DNA of 59,514 nt, the filler included. It is 4 parts of 4 records of this genome, joined end to end, with 100 filler letters (N's around TTAATTAATTAA, not from the genome) between each part and the next. Parts side by side here need not be neighbours in the genome. Positions count along the whole stretch, not along the records: positions 1 to 20,868 come from DRR723986_6446; 3 more parts are not named here. One strand, 5' to 3'. Both the position numbers and the translations under genes were made by a program. Below the pieces are notes generated by a model. The model did no database searches, was not told where the DNA came from, and worked only from the letters and a program-made list of their open reading frames with translations. Below are positions 9,783 to 20,968 of the stretch, piece after piece; the stretch's first letter is position 1, and each line of letters starts with the position of its first letter.

Positions 9783-10454
9783 TCATGCCAATTCCATAAC
9801 CGTTGAGACAATCAGACCATGGCCAATCGCAAATCGACCTGAAATCGTATCACCGCTTGCAAAGGGTGCCACATTTTGGCGGAAGTGGGCAACAAAGCTT
9901 TGGTTTTCAAGGTCCACAACCGTTTCAAGCGTATCAAAGTCGAACAAAGTTTGGCTTAACCGATACTGCGCTTTGTAGACACATTCTTTGATACTAAAGA
10001 TCAATTTAGCTCTATGACCTGGGTTTTCCTGCTCTGTCAGCCAGTTGCGCTCGGCCTCGGTGCAGATGGTGGGGATCAAATCATCGTCAAGCGGTAGATC
10101 GGGTTCCAAGTCTAGCCCGAGCAGGCGCACCTCGCCCTCCCACCCGACGGCGGCAAGGCAGGCCGTATCGGTGTGCGTGATAGAGCCAACAAGCATCGGA
10201 GGCCAGATAGGCGCGCGATCTTCGCCCATGGGAATGGCCATCGCTGGCGCGCCCAGTTCTTTGAGCGCCAATCGGGCAGCGGCACGGCCCGCACTAAACG
10301 CGCGCAGGCGTTTGTCGACGGCGTTTTTCAGAGCCTCGGTTTCTTCGGGGTAGGTGTCGTATTGGCCCGTGGGGTTGGCCGAGGCTAAGGCAACTTTACC
10401 TCGCAGCAGTGGGCTTGCTAACATCAATGCGGCAGTATGATCCAGATCGCTCAT
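9783..10454 (-). CDS. 4'-phosphopantetheinyl transferase (EntD/Sfp-like)
   Basis: FSAGRAAAR, RAPIWP...GSITHT, GLDLE, FSIKECVYKA; start overlaps the NRPS stop (TAATG). Confidence 0.93.
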   Translation of the reverse strand: MSDLDHTAALMLASPLLRGKVALASANPTGQYDTYPEETEALKNAVDKRLRAFSAGRAAARLALKELGAPAMAIPMGEDRAPIWPPMLVGSITHTDTACLAAVGWEGEVRLLGLDLEPDLPLDDDLIPTICTEAERNWLTEQENPGHRAKLIFSIKECVYKAQYRLSQTLFDFDTLETVVDLENQSFVAHFRQNVAPFASGDTISGRFAIGHGLIVSTVMELA

Positions 10455-13400
10455 TAGGTGCGTTCCCGTCGGTTGGCGCGCATAGCTTTGCGCTTGGACA
10501 TGGTTTCAGTTCGGGCGGGTTCGTTGACTTGGGGTGCTATGGTGGCAGGCGCATCCGCAGAAAGATGCCCGGCCAACCCGCCAAGGGTTGGAAAACGAAA
10601 GATGTCGGTGATCGACAGTGCGGGGATGTTCAGCGTTTCTCGAATTTCGCGATGGGCCTGAACAGCCAAGAGTGAGTGTCCGCCAAGGGTAAAGAAGTTA
10701 TCGTCAGCCCGAATGCCCCCGACACCCAGAATGCGCGCCCATATGGTTGCGATCTGCCCTTCTATCCCGTCGCTCTGGACAGGCGTCTCATCCCGAGGGG
10801 CCTGTTGGGCAGCGGGTTCTGGCAGGGCCTTGCGGTCGATTTTCTTGTTTGGAGTCAGAGGGAATTCAGCGAGGGTCATGATGTGGCTGGGGATCATCAC
10901 CTCGGGCAGATGCGCCTTGAGGTGGTCCCGTAGCGCAGCATCAGAGACCGGCGCAGATGTCGTAATGTATCCGGCAAGACGTGTGTCTCCGGGGGTTTTT
11001 TCATTTGTGACGACGACAGACCCGCTGACACCCGCAAAGGCCGCCAATGCGCTCTCAATCTCGCCAAGCTCAATCCGCTGGCCGCGTATTTTGATCTGGT
11101 GGTCAGAACGGCCGAGGAATTCGATCTGCCCATCTGTGCGCCACCGCGCGAGATCGCCGGTCCGATACATCAACGGTGCAGCGGCGACTGTTAACCCTGC
11201 TTCGACCGCAAAGGGATCGTGGACAAATCGGTCTTCGGTCAGGTTGGCGCGTTGCCAATACCCGCGCGTGACTCCCTCGCCGCCTATCAACAGCTCACCA
11301 GGAACGCCGATGGGGCAGGGTTGGCCAGCTGCATCCAGAATATAGGCGGCCGTGTTCGCGATGGGCGTGCCGATACAAACGGTTCCCGACGCGCCAGCAG
11401 GTACGGCAGTCGACGTGGACCAAATGGTCGTTTCCGTGGGGCCATACATGTTCAGGATCGCGGCGTTAGTACATTCCCGCAAGTCTTCGACCAAGTCGCC
11501 GGGCAGGGCTTCGCCGCCCAGCAGCAAATGGTTCACGCGTCCCAGGGCCATGCGCGCCTCATCATTCATCGCAATCATGCGGGCCATTGAGGGTGTGCAT
11601 TGCATATGGGTCACGTCATGGCGGAGGATCTGCGCCGCGAGCGAGAAATCATCTTCGGCCACGGTCGACGGTGCATTGGCGCGTTTTAGAACTTCGGCCA
11701 AGGGGGTCAGCCCTTCAAGCACAACATCCGGGTCGATGCCGTAGTCGATCAGGCAGGCGATTTCATCGACACCAATCCGTTTCAGGGATTCAGCACGGGC
11801 CAGACCATCCTCGACCGTGCCAAACAGGCCCGAGTCTTCAAAATACCGTTCAAAGGCGAAATCAAGGATCGCTTCGAGTTCATCGTCGCTCAGAACCCCC
11901 AAATCCATTTCAAAGGCGTTGGATACACCTTGTGGTTTTTTGAACGCAGGAAAGGCCCAAGCGTATTGTTTGATCAGACCGGCTGCAGCGCGCAGATAGT
12001 CCTTCATCGGTTCACGCGCGATGCGCGCTGCCTCTTCCCGCGTTTCGGCAAGATAAGTGTGCAGCATGAGCGTGACTTTGAATTTCGCCGGATCATGACC
12101 CGCAGCACGTAAGGCTGCGTGATAGATGCGGATCTTTTCGGCAACCTCATCAATGCTTTGACCCAAGAGGTGCGTCAGAACATTGGCACCGATGGATCCG
12201 GCCTCTTTCCAGGTTTCTGGGTTGCCAGCCGTGGTGACCCAAACCGGCAATTCATTCGAAACGGGGCGGGGCTGTGTGACAACCTCGTGCATCGTGCCAT
12301 CCGCCTTGGGAAAGGCGACCGCCTCACCACGCCACAGCTTGCGCAGGGTTTCGATGGTTTCAAACATCGCTGGTTTGTTGCGCGGGGGGGTGTTTTCGGG
12401 GCGAAGGACAAAATCATCAGGCTGCCAGCCAGAGGCAATGCCAAGGGCAGCCCGACCACCTGTCAGGTTGTCAATGATGGCCCAATCTTCGGCAATTCGT
12501 GCCGGGTGGTGCAGCGGCGCGACGCAGCTGCCTGCACGGACAGACAGGTTTTCTGTCACGGCGGCGACAGCAGCACCCGTCACCGCAGGGTTGGGGTAGG
12601 GGCCACCAAAGGCGTGAAAGTGGCGTTCTGGCGTCCAGACGGCGTTGAAGCCGTTGGCATCGGCGAACTTGGCCCCTTCGAGCAGGAGTTTGTATTTCTT
12701 AGGGCCGGGGCCATCGTCATTGCCCCAATACATCAGGTTGAAATCAAGCGGACGGTCGCTGACGGCGATGGGTCCTTGGGACACAACGGCGCGATTTTCA
12801 TCGCTGCTCAGCACAACTTTGAAACCGCGTGCCAGAGTCCAGAACAGTTCGAGCACGGAAATGTCAAAGGACAGGCTGGTGACAGCCAGCCAAACGCCAC
12901 CCTTGTCGTGATCGATCCGATCATCCATGCCAGCAAAGAAATTGGCCACGTTTCGGTGTTCGACCATGACCCCTTTGGGCGTTCCGGTCGAACCCGAGGT
13001 ATAGATTAGATAGGCCAGATCATCCGCACTGGCGCCGCCATCAACGTTTGGCGCGCTTAGATCCGGGGTCACTGTGTCGATGCACAGGACATCCGCCGAC
13101 GACGCGGGCACTGATTCCTGCAGCGCGCTTTGGGTTAGAATGACTGCTGCCCGACTGTCGGTCACAAAATGGGCAATACGATCCGCAGGGTAGGCCGGAT
13201 CGAGAGGGACATAAGCCCCGCCGGCCTTGAGGATCGCCAGCGCGCCGACCATCAGGTCCACGGATCGCTGCACATACAGCCCAACATTGGCACCGGGACC
13301 AACGCCCATTGCGCGCAGTTTCTCAGCCACGGTATTTGCGCGGGCGTTCAGGGCTGCATAGGTGAGCTGCTCGGATTCAAAAACAAGCGCGGTCTCATCT

Positions 13401-15055
13401 GGGCTTAGTGAAACTTGTGATTCAAATGCCTGATGAATTGTCTGCGTACGGTTGTATTCGCGCGCGGTTTTGTTCCAGTCGGTTAGCGTTTGTGAGCGTT
13501 CCGAAGCAGGCAGAATAGCGAGTTTTTGTACCGTTTCCCCATCCGATGCCTGTGTCACAGCATACATCGCGCTTTCTAAGCGGCGGGCAAGGATCTCAAT
13601 CGCAACTGCATCGAGATGCCCGGTGTGCGCGCGCAGTGTGGCATGTCCCGGTGACAGGCAAACCGTGACGTCTGTTCCGTTAATGGGTTTGGCACCGTTA
13701 AGAGACAGGCCAAATGCAGGCTGCGTGATCGATCCAATTTCAGGGTCGCGCGATGGCAGATCCATCGCAAACCCACCCAATGCATCCGCCTTGGCGATCA
13801 GGTGCAATGCGCGGTCGGTTAGAGCGGCCAAGGGTTCTGAGCTGCGGATTTGTAGGGGGACCCACGGGCTGAAATGTTTTGACTTTGCAGCATCCTGGAG
13901 GGTTGCATTGGAGACAGCGATATCGCCGTACTCCTCACCGCCGCTGCGCAAGGCAAAAGCAAGTACAGCCGTAAGCGCTTGTTCATCAGACAAGCCATGG
14001 GGAACGGAGATCCGCTGGGCTGACCATGATCCATCTTGTTTGAGTGTGGCCAAAGGCAAGGGCAGCGACGCCATCGCCGTCAATGCCTTGCGCCAAGTGG
14101 GTTCGCCCTTGAGCGAACGCGCGGCTTGCTGTGCAATCTGTTCGGCCTGATCCTGCGAAATGGGGGGCAAGCGTGTCCCAACGGGCGCGAGCGTGGCTAG
14201 GTCAATGGTGCCACCGCTCAGGGTGGTAAGCCCCTCTAGCAACAGATCGTTGGACCCGGTAGCGACCCGCAGCCCCGACGAGTCATTACTGATGACGGTT
14301 CCGGGAAGCGATCCTGAGGCAGAGGCCATAATCTGCGCCTGTGCCACGCGCAGAGGTTGCCCCGAGACAAGGATTTTGGCGGTGGTCAGTGGATTCCAAT
14401 AGGTACCGAAATCCAACCCGCGAATGTGGGCAGACAGAGCTTCGGCGGTTTGGGTATAGCTGAGATGCCCACCTGCATCCGGGCGGTCTGAAAAGGCGAA
14501 ATAGCTGCGTTGGCTTAGGTCCTGCGGGTTGCGGTCCAAATCCGTTTCAAGTTGATCAACTACGGACGGAAAGCTGTCCATCGCTGCAGCATAACATTTC
14601 GAATTCAACGACAGGGCGGTTTCGTACTCGGCAATGTCGAACAGGGTTTGGGACAGAATATCGCCTTCGTCGATCCCGCCTTCGATCATATGCCAAGTAA
14701 TGCCGTGCTGCTTTTCACCATTGAAGATGGCCCATGCGGGCGTGTTGAGGCCAGCATATTTGGGCAGAGGCCCGTCGTGAAAGTTGATCGCGCCTTTTTG
14801 GGGTAGCGCCAAAACAGTTTCCGGAATGATCGCAAGGTTTGCGATCGAAAGCAGCCAATCCACCTCTTCCGGTTTAAACTGCTCAGCCAGATCATTCATT
14901 TGGCTGACAAGCGGCAAGCCTTTGGTCTTGGCCCAGTTCTGAATTTCAGCGTTTTGCGTTTGAACCGCGCGCACTGAATGGCCGCGCTCTAGCAGCATTT
15001 CGGTGCATCCGATCAAGAGGGATTCATTGCCGATGACAACACAAGAAAAAGTCAT
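10454..15055 (-). CDS. NRPS-like protein: formyltransferase - degenerate spacer - adenylation domain interrupted by a MupA/Atu3671-type luciferase-like monooxygenase - PCP
   Basis: INFHDGPLPKYAG / GIDEGDI (formyltransferase); A-domain cores YTSGSTGTPKG, FDIS, NMYGPTE, YRTGDL, GRSDHQIKIRGQRIELGEIE; WTPERHFHAFGGPYPNP (LLM); FFTLGGHSLLA (PCP). Confidence 0.92.
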   Translation of the reverse strand: MTFSCVVIGNESLLIGCTEMLLERGHSVRAVQTQNAEIQNWAKTKGLPLVSQMNDLAEQFKPEEVDWLLSIANLAIIPETVLALPQKGAINFHDGPLPKYAGLNTPAWAIFNGEKQHGITWHMIEGGIDEGDILSQTLFDIAEYETALSLNSKCYAAAMDSFPSVVDQLETDLDRNPQDLSQRSYFAFSDRPDAGGHLSYTQTAEALSAHIRGLDFGTYWNPLTTAKILVSGQPLRVAQAQIMASASGSLPGTVISNDSSGLRVATGSNDLLLEGLTTLSGGTIDLATLAPVGTRLPPISQDQAEQIAQQAARSLKGEPTWRKALTAMASLPLPLATLKQDGSWSAQRISVPHGLSDEQALTAVLAFALRSGGEEYGDIAVSNATLQDAAKSKHFSPWVPLQIRSSEPLAALTDRALHLIAKADALGGFAMDLPSRDPEIGSITQPAFGLSLNGAKPINGTDVTVCLSPGHATLRAHTGHLDAVAIEILARRLESAMYAVTQASDGETVQKLAILPASERSQTLTDWNKTAREYNRTQTIHQAFESQVSLSPDETALVFESEQLTYAALNARANTVAEKLRAMGVGPGANVGLYVQRSVDLMVGALAILKAGGAYVPLDPAYPADRIAHFVTDSRAAVILTQSALQESVPASSADVLCIDTVTPDLSAPNVDGGASADDLAYLIYTSGSTGTPKGVMVEHRNVANFFAGMDDRIDHDKGGVWLAVTSLSFDISVLELFWTLARGFKVVLSSDENRAVVSQGPIAVSDRPLDFNLMYWGNDDGPGPKKYKLLLEGAKFADANGFNAVWTPERHFHAFGGPYPNPAVTGAAVAAVTENLSVRAGSCVAPLHHPARIAEDWAIIDNLTGGRAALGIASGWQPDDFVLRPENTPPRNKPAMFETIETLRKLWRGEAVAFPKADGTMHEVVTQPRPVSNELPVWVTTAGNPETWKEAGSIGANVLTHLLGQSIDEVAEKIRIYHAALRAAGHDPAKFKVTLMLHTYLAETREEAARIAREPMKDYLRAAAGLIKQYAWAFPAFKKPQGVSNAFEMDLGVLSDDELEAILDFAFERYFEDSGLFGTVEDGLARAESLKRIGVDEIACLIDYGIDPDVVLEGLTPLAEVLKRANAPSTVAEDDFSLAAQILRHDVTHMQCTPSMARMIAMNDEARMALGRVNHLLLGGEALPGDLVEDLRECTNAAILNMYGPTETTIWSTSTAVPAGASGTVCIGTPIANTAAYILDAAGQPCPIGVPGELLIGGEGVTRGYWQRANLTEDRFVHDPFAVEAGLTVAAAPLMYRTGDLARWRTDGQIEFLGRSDHQIKIRGQRIELGEIESALAAFAGVSGSVVVTNEKTPGDTRLAGYITTSAPVSDAALRDHLKAHLPEVMIPSHIMTLAEFPLTPNKKIDRKALPEPAAQQAPRDETPVQSDGIEGQIATIWARILGVGGIRADDNFFTLGGHSLLAVQAHREIRETLNIPALSITDIFRFPTLGGLAGHLSADAPATIAPQVNEPARTETMSKRKAMRANRRERT

Positions 15056-16071
15056 GTCTGGTCCTCCGAAATTGGGACAGAAATAGTCGGACTGCGGGTG
15101 GCAGTCTTACGAAAGGGCGCGCGTAACAAATGGGTGGTCAGGTCGGTCAGAAACCAATCGGGGTCGACCTGAGGTAGGGTTTGGATCAGGCGGCGGAATC
15201 GCCAGATGAGACCGCCAGCGATCAAGGCGAGCGTGCTGGCTACAAAGTATCCGGACCCTTTGGATTTGGTGTAATAATGTTGGCGGGAATCAAACCAATA
15301 GCTGGGTGTGCGTGACCAGGTTTTCATGCCAGTGCTGGCCGATCCGATGTGAACGACGCGGCTTTCGGGCAGATAATGCGTGCTCCACCCAGCTTGGGTT
15401 GCGCGCCGACACAGGTCGGTTTCTTCAAAGTACAAAAAGAATGTTTCATCAAAGCCGCCCGTTTGATCAATCACCGCGCGTCGGATCATCAGGCTTGCAC
15501 CTGCGGTCCAGTCAACTTTGGTGTCGGTTTCTGGGATCGGCAGCCGAACGACAGCATCTTTCATCCAGCGTGTGATCACGCCGGTCTGGGCCGCTGCTTC
15601 GAAATCCCCGGCGAGGGATGGAAAGCGAAACGCAGTCGGATGGGGGATATCATCTGTGCCGCGAATGGCGCTGCCGACCAACCCGACCGTTGGATTTTCG
15701 ATCAAGTAATCCCGTAACTTGATAATGGCACCCGGGTCTGGCCATGCATCCGAATTGAGCAAGTAGTAGAAATCGGGCACGGACCCGTCCGATAGACGCG
15801 CTTGCATGCCAAAATTCATACCTGCGCCAAAACCACCGTTGTGGCCACTGTCCAGCACCCGAACCCGATTGTTTTGGGTCCATCCGTTTTGCTCTGCTGC
15901 ATGGGACAGCATTACGAATGAGTCATCCCCCGACCCATTGTCGATGACAACGATTTCCCCATCCAACCCTTCCATTTCACGCAGGGCAGCCGCGCAGGAC
16001 TTGAGCGTCAGCTCGGGCGTTTTGTAGTTCAGGATTATGGTCAGGATGTTGGGACTGTGCGTGTTCATCAT
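15052..16071 (-). CDS. Glycosyltransferase family 2 (rhamnosyltransferase-like)
   Basis: IILNYKT, VIDNGSGD, NGGFGAGMN, LLNSDA, GFDETFFLYFEETDLC. Confidence 0.92.
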   Translation of the reverse strand: MMNTHSPNILTIILNYKTPELTLKSCAAALREMEGLDGEIVVIDNGSGDDSFVMLSHAAEQNGWTQNNRVRVLDSGHNGGFGAGMNFGMQARLSDGSVPDFYYLLNSDAWPDPGAIIKLRDYLIENPTVGLVGSAIRGTDDIPHPTAFRFPSLAGDFEAAAQTGVITRWMKDAVVRLPIPETDTKVDWTAGASLMIRRAVIDQTGGFDETFFLYFEETDLCRRATQAGWSTHYLPESRVVHIGSASTGMKTWSRTPSYWFDSRQHYYTKSKGSGYFVASTLALIAGGLIWRFRRLIQTLPQVDPDWFLTDLTTHLLRAPFRKTATRSPTISVPISEDQT

Positions 16072-19000
16072 TCGGCGACCTTTGAATACGTGCGCGGGGC
16101 GGTCTCAGCCTCGTCTATGAACCCCTTTAGGTGTTCGGCCAGAACGGCAACATTTGGGACAAGCACCATGCTGTCGTGATCGCCGGGAACCTCAACCACA
16201 CGTGTTTTTGGGGCCCACTGGGTCCACTCGTTGTCTTCAAAGACATACTCGCGTTGCTGGCTGACCCATTGCCCGCCTGAAACCTTCCAGTGCTTGTCTA
16301 GCGGCGGCCGGAACAGAACCAGCGGTCCCGCCCATGGGCGCAGCGAATAGACACTGATCGCCTTGTAAAAGGCGGATTCGATTTTTGTGTTATTGAACGC
16401 TGTGATGGCGGTTTGCGGCCGCTCGCTTTGGCGTTTTTGCAATTCCCACGCGATCCGGTTCTCAGCCCATTCCGTCAAGAAGGCAGGGCCCTTCTTGCGC
16501 AATTCACTCATTTTTATCAGCGCCTTGTCTCGCTTCGACAACGTCGGGCGGACTGGAAGAGGGGTGTCGAGCATCGCGAGCAGAGCGACCTCTTCGCCAG
16601 CCTCTTCCAGTTGGTGGACCATTTCATAGGCAGTGAGACCGCCACCAGAAAATCCACCCAGCAGATACGGCCCTTGGGGCTGAACCTGCCGAAGTTCGGC
16701 AATATAATCTGCGGCGGCTTCGACCAGCGTGTCGTGGGCCTCGTCTTGTCCGATAAGGCCACGCGCTTGAAGCCCATAAACAGACCGTTCACGCCCCAAC
16801 ATCAGGGCCAGATGGCGCAGGTTCAATACATTGCCGAACATGCCGGCCACAATGAAAAACGGGGTGGCTTGGCTGTCTTTCGCAATGTGCAGCGGTACGA
16901 CGTGTTTGAAGTCTGTTTTTGCTTCGGGTGCCTTGTCTTCGTTTGCGGCATCGTCGCGGTGGCCGATGCGTTCGGCAATACGGGCCACATTGGGGGCCTC
17001 GAACAGAAGTGAGATTGGGAACTCGACTTCAAAGGTGCGATTGATCTGCGCAAAGAGCCGCACGGCAATCAAGGAATGCCCGCCCAGATCAAAAAAGCTG
17101 TCTTCGACCCCGACCTGTGTTACGCCTAACAAGGTCTCAAAGAAGCCCGCGAGCGTTTTTTCGGTGTCGTTACGCGGTGCGACGTAATTCGTGTCCAGAT
17201 CTGGGCGTTCAAAGCTTTGGGCGTCGTCTGCGGAGGGTGCCGAAATACGGTCTGCCTGCTTGATCAAGTCCGAAAGGTCCATGGAGCTCACGTAAACCTG
17301 CGACAGACCGGTGTTGAGCGCGCGACGCAGGGCTTCGGGGCCTTCTTCGCGGCGGATGCCTTGGCTGATATTATGATGCAGGCGCTGTTCCTCGGGCGAC
17401 AACGGCGCGTCACTGCTGTGCGCTTCCAATCCCAAGGTCACGGCGTCAGCGTCTGGTGCGGCGGCAGGGCTCAGGTCGATGGTGCCAGTGGTGGCTTGCA
17501 TCTGAAAGCCTTCGATCTCGACGCAGATTTGGCCATTTGGATCGCTCAAGGTCACGTCAAACGAGACAAACCCATCGACCGCTGCGCTCCCTTGCGACAG
17601 GCGGACCCAACTGCGGATTTCGCGCGGCAGCGGGGAAAAGACTTGGATGGCGCGATAGGACACGGGAACCCAGAGTGACGTGCCATCATAGCCGGGCGCG
17701 AGCGAGATGGCCCACCCCGTTGCTAGGTCCATTAGGCCGGGGTGCAGTTGATACCCCTCAGTCAAATCACTGTGATAGGCATCTGGTAGAACCAATCGGG
17801 CAAGCCCCTCGTTCGTTCCCAAGGCAAAGCTGCGCAACACATGCCATCGCGGGCCAAACGCCAGATGCCGTTCTTGGGGCGACTGCAGATATCCGTCGAC
17901 CGGGCTTGTTTCTGTAGTGGGGCATTTGGCCGAGATCGCAGCCAAATCCAAAGGCTCCGATTGTTTTGGCTGCAATATTTCAACTTCTGCCTGCGCGTTA
18001 AGCTCGTAACCATCCTGACAGGCGCTGTGCACACTAAAGGCATAGCCTGTTGGGGTTGTTTCCAACCGCACGACGATCTCACGCTTGGCGCGACCCACAG
18101 CCAGTGGCCTAAAGAAATAGAGGTCACGTATGGCATACGGCAGATCAACGCCATGTGCCTTTAGGGCTTGTGCTGCGAATTCTACATATCCGGTTCCGGG
18201 TAGCAGGGCATCGCCGTTTGTGGTGCGGTGTTCGTCCAGAACCCAGTGATCATCGGCGCTGAGATGGGAGACGAACACGCGATTTCCCGAAGGGTCAAAA
18301 CCGGCCTCATCCAAAAGCGGCAGGGGGCTGGCGACACGTTCGGTGGGTAGATTTCCATCCAGGCGGGTTTCTTTTGCGTCTGCGGCCATGCCAACGTCTG
18401 ACCAGACCCCCCAATTGACGGCAATCACACGGGTTGCGCCTGATTTGCGACTGTTCGCCCATGCATTTAGGTATTCGTTCGCGGCAACGTAATCGACCTG
18501 ACCAGCAGGGTGTGTCGCGGTAGAGGAGGATGCGAAAAGCACCATGAGTTCCAGCATACCGTCCGGGAAAATCTCATCCAAAACGCGCAGCCCGGAAATC
18601 TTGGGCGCTAGAACTTGTTGAAGCTCAGCTTCGGTTTTGGTCAGGATTGGACCGTCGTGGATGTGACCTGCACCATGGATGACACCGTTCAGTGCGCCAA
18701 AGGTTTCTTCGGCCGTGTGCAGCGCTGCGCGCATTTGTTCGCTGTTGCAAACATCAGCATTGATCGCGAGCACGGCACCTGAGTTCGAGGCCTCAAGATC
18801 TTGCAGAGCTTTGATGCGGTTTGCTGTCCGGTCCATGGGGCTGTGGCTGGCAAGATAGCGGTCCCATTGGTCACGTGGTGGTAAAGGGTCACGCGACAAA
18901 AGCACGACATTGGCTTGATGGCGTGTCATGAGATCACTGGCCAAGGTCAGCCCGATCCCGCCAAAACCCCCGGTGATGAGGTAGGTTCCACCCTCTTTGA

Positions 19001-20868
19001 AGACCGGGCTTTCCTCAGACAAAAGGGTCGGCTTGTAACTGTGCCCGTACCGCTTTTCACCCCGCCAAGCCGCGTCAGAGGTTGATGGCTCGGCAAGCAG
19101 TTCCTCGAGAATACGTGAGGTCGTAGTATCGGTTTGTGCAGGTGTTCCAGATCTTAGCTTTGCAAAAAAGCCGGTAGGGGGCGTCTCAGGAAGCTCAATA
19201 TCCACACGTGCACAGGTCACGCCGGGCATTTCGTGTGGGATAACACCTAATGGCCCTGCGATGGTCGCTTTTTCGGGGTAAGGCAGCGCCTCGGAAAATA
19301 CTTGCGCTGCACCGGTGGTGAACGTGATGATGTGAACGTTTTCAGGCATTTCCACACTGCCCATGGCTTGCGCAAAGGCCGTCAGCGAAAGGAATCCACA
19401 TTCCATGTTGCGATCAAAAAAGCTGTGACCGGGGCGGAATTTCTCCTGATCTGTTACCAGCCAAAAATGCCCGACCCGGTTGGGAAGGTCGCCCGCACTG
19501 GCTAATTCTTGCAGAAGTTGGTCATAGCTGTGGCGCCCTTGCTCGGGCGCGATTTGATACTGGGTATCGCCTAATTTCGCAAAGGTATCCCCAGCACTGA
19601 CGCGAATGACCCGATGGCCAACTGCGCTCAGACGCGCGCAGGCGGGTCCGGCGATATCAGCGTCATCCTCAAATATCAGCCAGGTCATTGGCGCGATTTC
19701 TGACAGGTCTTGATCTACGTCGATATCGCATTCAGCCAGACGCGGCCGCCATGCGGTGCGGTATCCCCATTGGGTTTGGTCGTCTTTGCGGGTTAGTGCG
19801 CTGTCGGCCTCGGTGGCGATTTGCTTGCCCGGTTCGATAAAGTAACGGCTGCGCTGAAACGCATAGGTTGGCAGGGGCAGGCGATGGCGCTTGGCCTCGC
19901 CCCAGATTTGCGGCCAATCCGCGGCAACACCACAGGCCCACAGCCGCCCGATGACAGAAAAGAAATAGGCATCATCCGAGATCGCCTGATCTGGATGGCG
20001 CAACGCGCTCAGCACTTGCGCGGGGTTCACGCCGTCGGACATTTGCGCAAGGGAGCTGAGCGCCTTGCCGGGGCCAACCTCTAGGAACACCCGGTTGGGG
20101 GCTTGCAGGGTTTTGATGCAATCCGCAAACATTACGGTGTTGCGCAGCTGGCCAACCCAATATTCTGGATCGGTGGCTTGCGCGTCGCTTAGTGCGCCGC
20201 CAGTGCGGTTGGACATCACAGGAATGGTGGGCGCATCCAGAGCAATCTTTTTCAAGAACGCCCGGTATTCTGCCAGTATAGGGTCCAACATGCGCGAATG
20301 GGCTGCGATGTCGATTGGTATGCGTTGATGATCAACGTCCTGCGCGCTGAGGGTTTTTGCAAGCCGATCGAGCGCTGCTTGTGGCCCAGACACGGCAGTC
20401 AGGCGCGGGGCGTTCACGCTGGCGATGTCTATGTCATCGTCAATCAGCGCCTGCACGTCCTCTAATGGCAGTGAAATTGACAGCATCCCACCTGCTGGAA
20501 CCGTGTCAAACAAACGCCCGCGCAGCAAAATCAGGTCAATGCAGTCTTCGAACCGCATCACACCTGCCAAACAGGCGGCGGTGTTTTCCCCCATGGAATG
20601 GCCAACCATTGCGGTCGGATGCACACCCCAGCTGAACCATAGTTGCGCGAGAGCATATTCTACGATCATGATCAGCGGGAGCTGAACCGACGGCTGGGTC
20701 AGTTTGGCGTTGGCCTGTGTTTCATCGCCTTCGGGCAACCAAATGGATCGGATGTCATAATCCAGCTGCTTTTGTAGATGTTCTAAGCCGCGGTCCATCC
20801 ACTCCGCAAAAACCGGCTCGGTCTCATAGAGATCGCGTGCCATGCCCGCGTATTGCGCGCCGCCGCCG
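16068..20868 (-). CDS. Type I polyketide synthase, 5'-truncated by contig end (visible domains AT-KR-DH-ACP-TE; KS presumably lost)
   Basis: GGGAQYAGM and GHSMGE (AT); YLITGGFGGIG and QVDYVAAN (KR); EHRTTNGDALLPG and HPGLMD (DH); FFDLGGHSL (ACP); GGFSGGG and PGDH (TE). Confidence 0.93.
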
Positions 20869-20968
20869 NNNNNNNNNNNNNNNNNNNNNNNNNNNNNNNN
20901 NNNNNNNNNNNNTTAATTAATTAANNNNNNNNNNNNNNNNNNNNNNNNNNNNNNNNNNNNNNNNNNNN
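20869..20968. other. Artificial contig spacer
   Basis: N-run, TTAATTAATTAA (stops in all six frames), N-run. Confidence 0.99.

Noticed and set aside
20913-20924. TTAATTAATTAA repeated three times in the window
   Set aside because: Always centred in N-runs; an artificial six-frame-stop linker, not a biological repeat.
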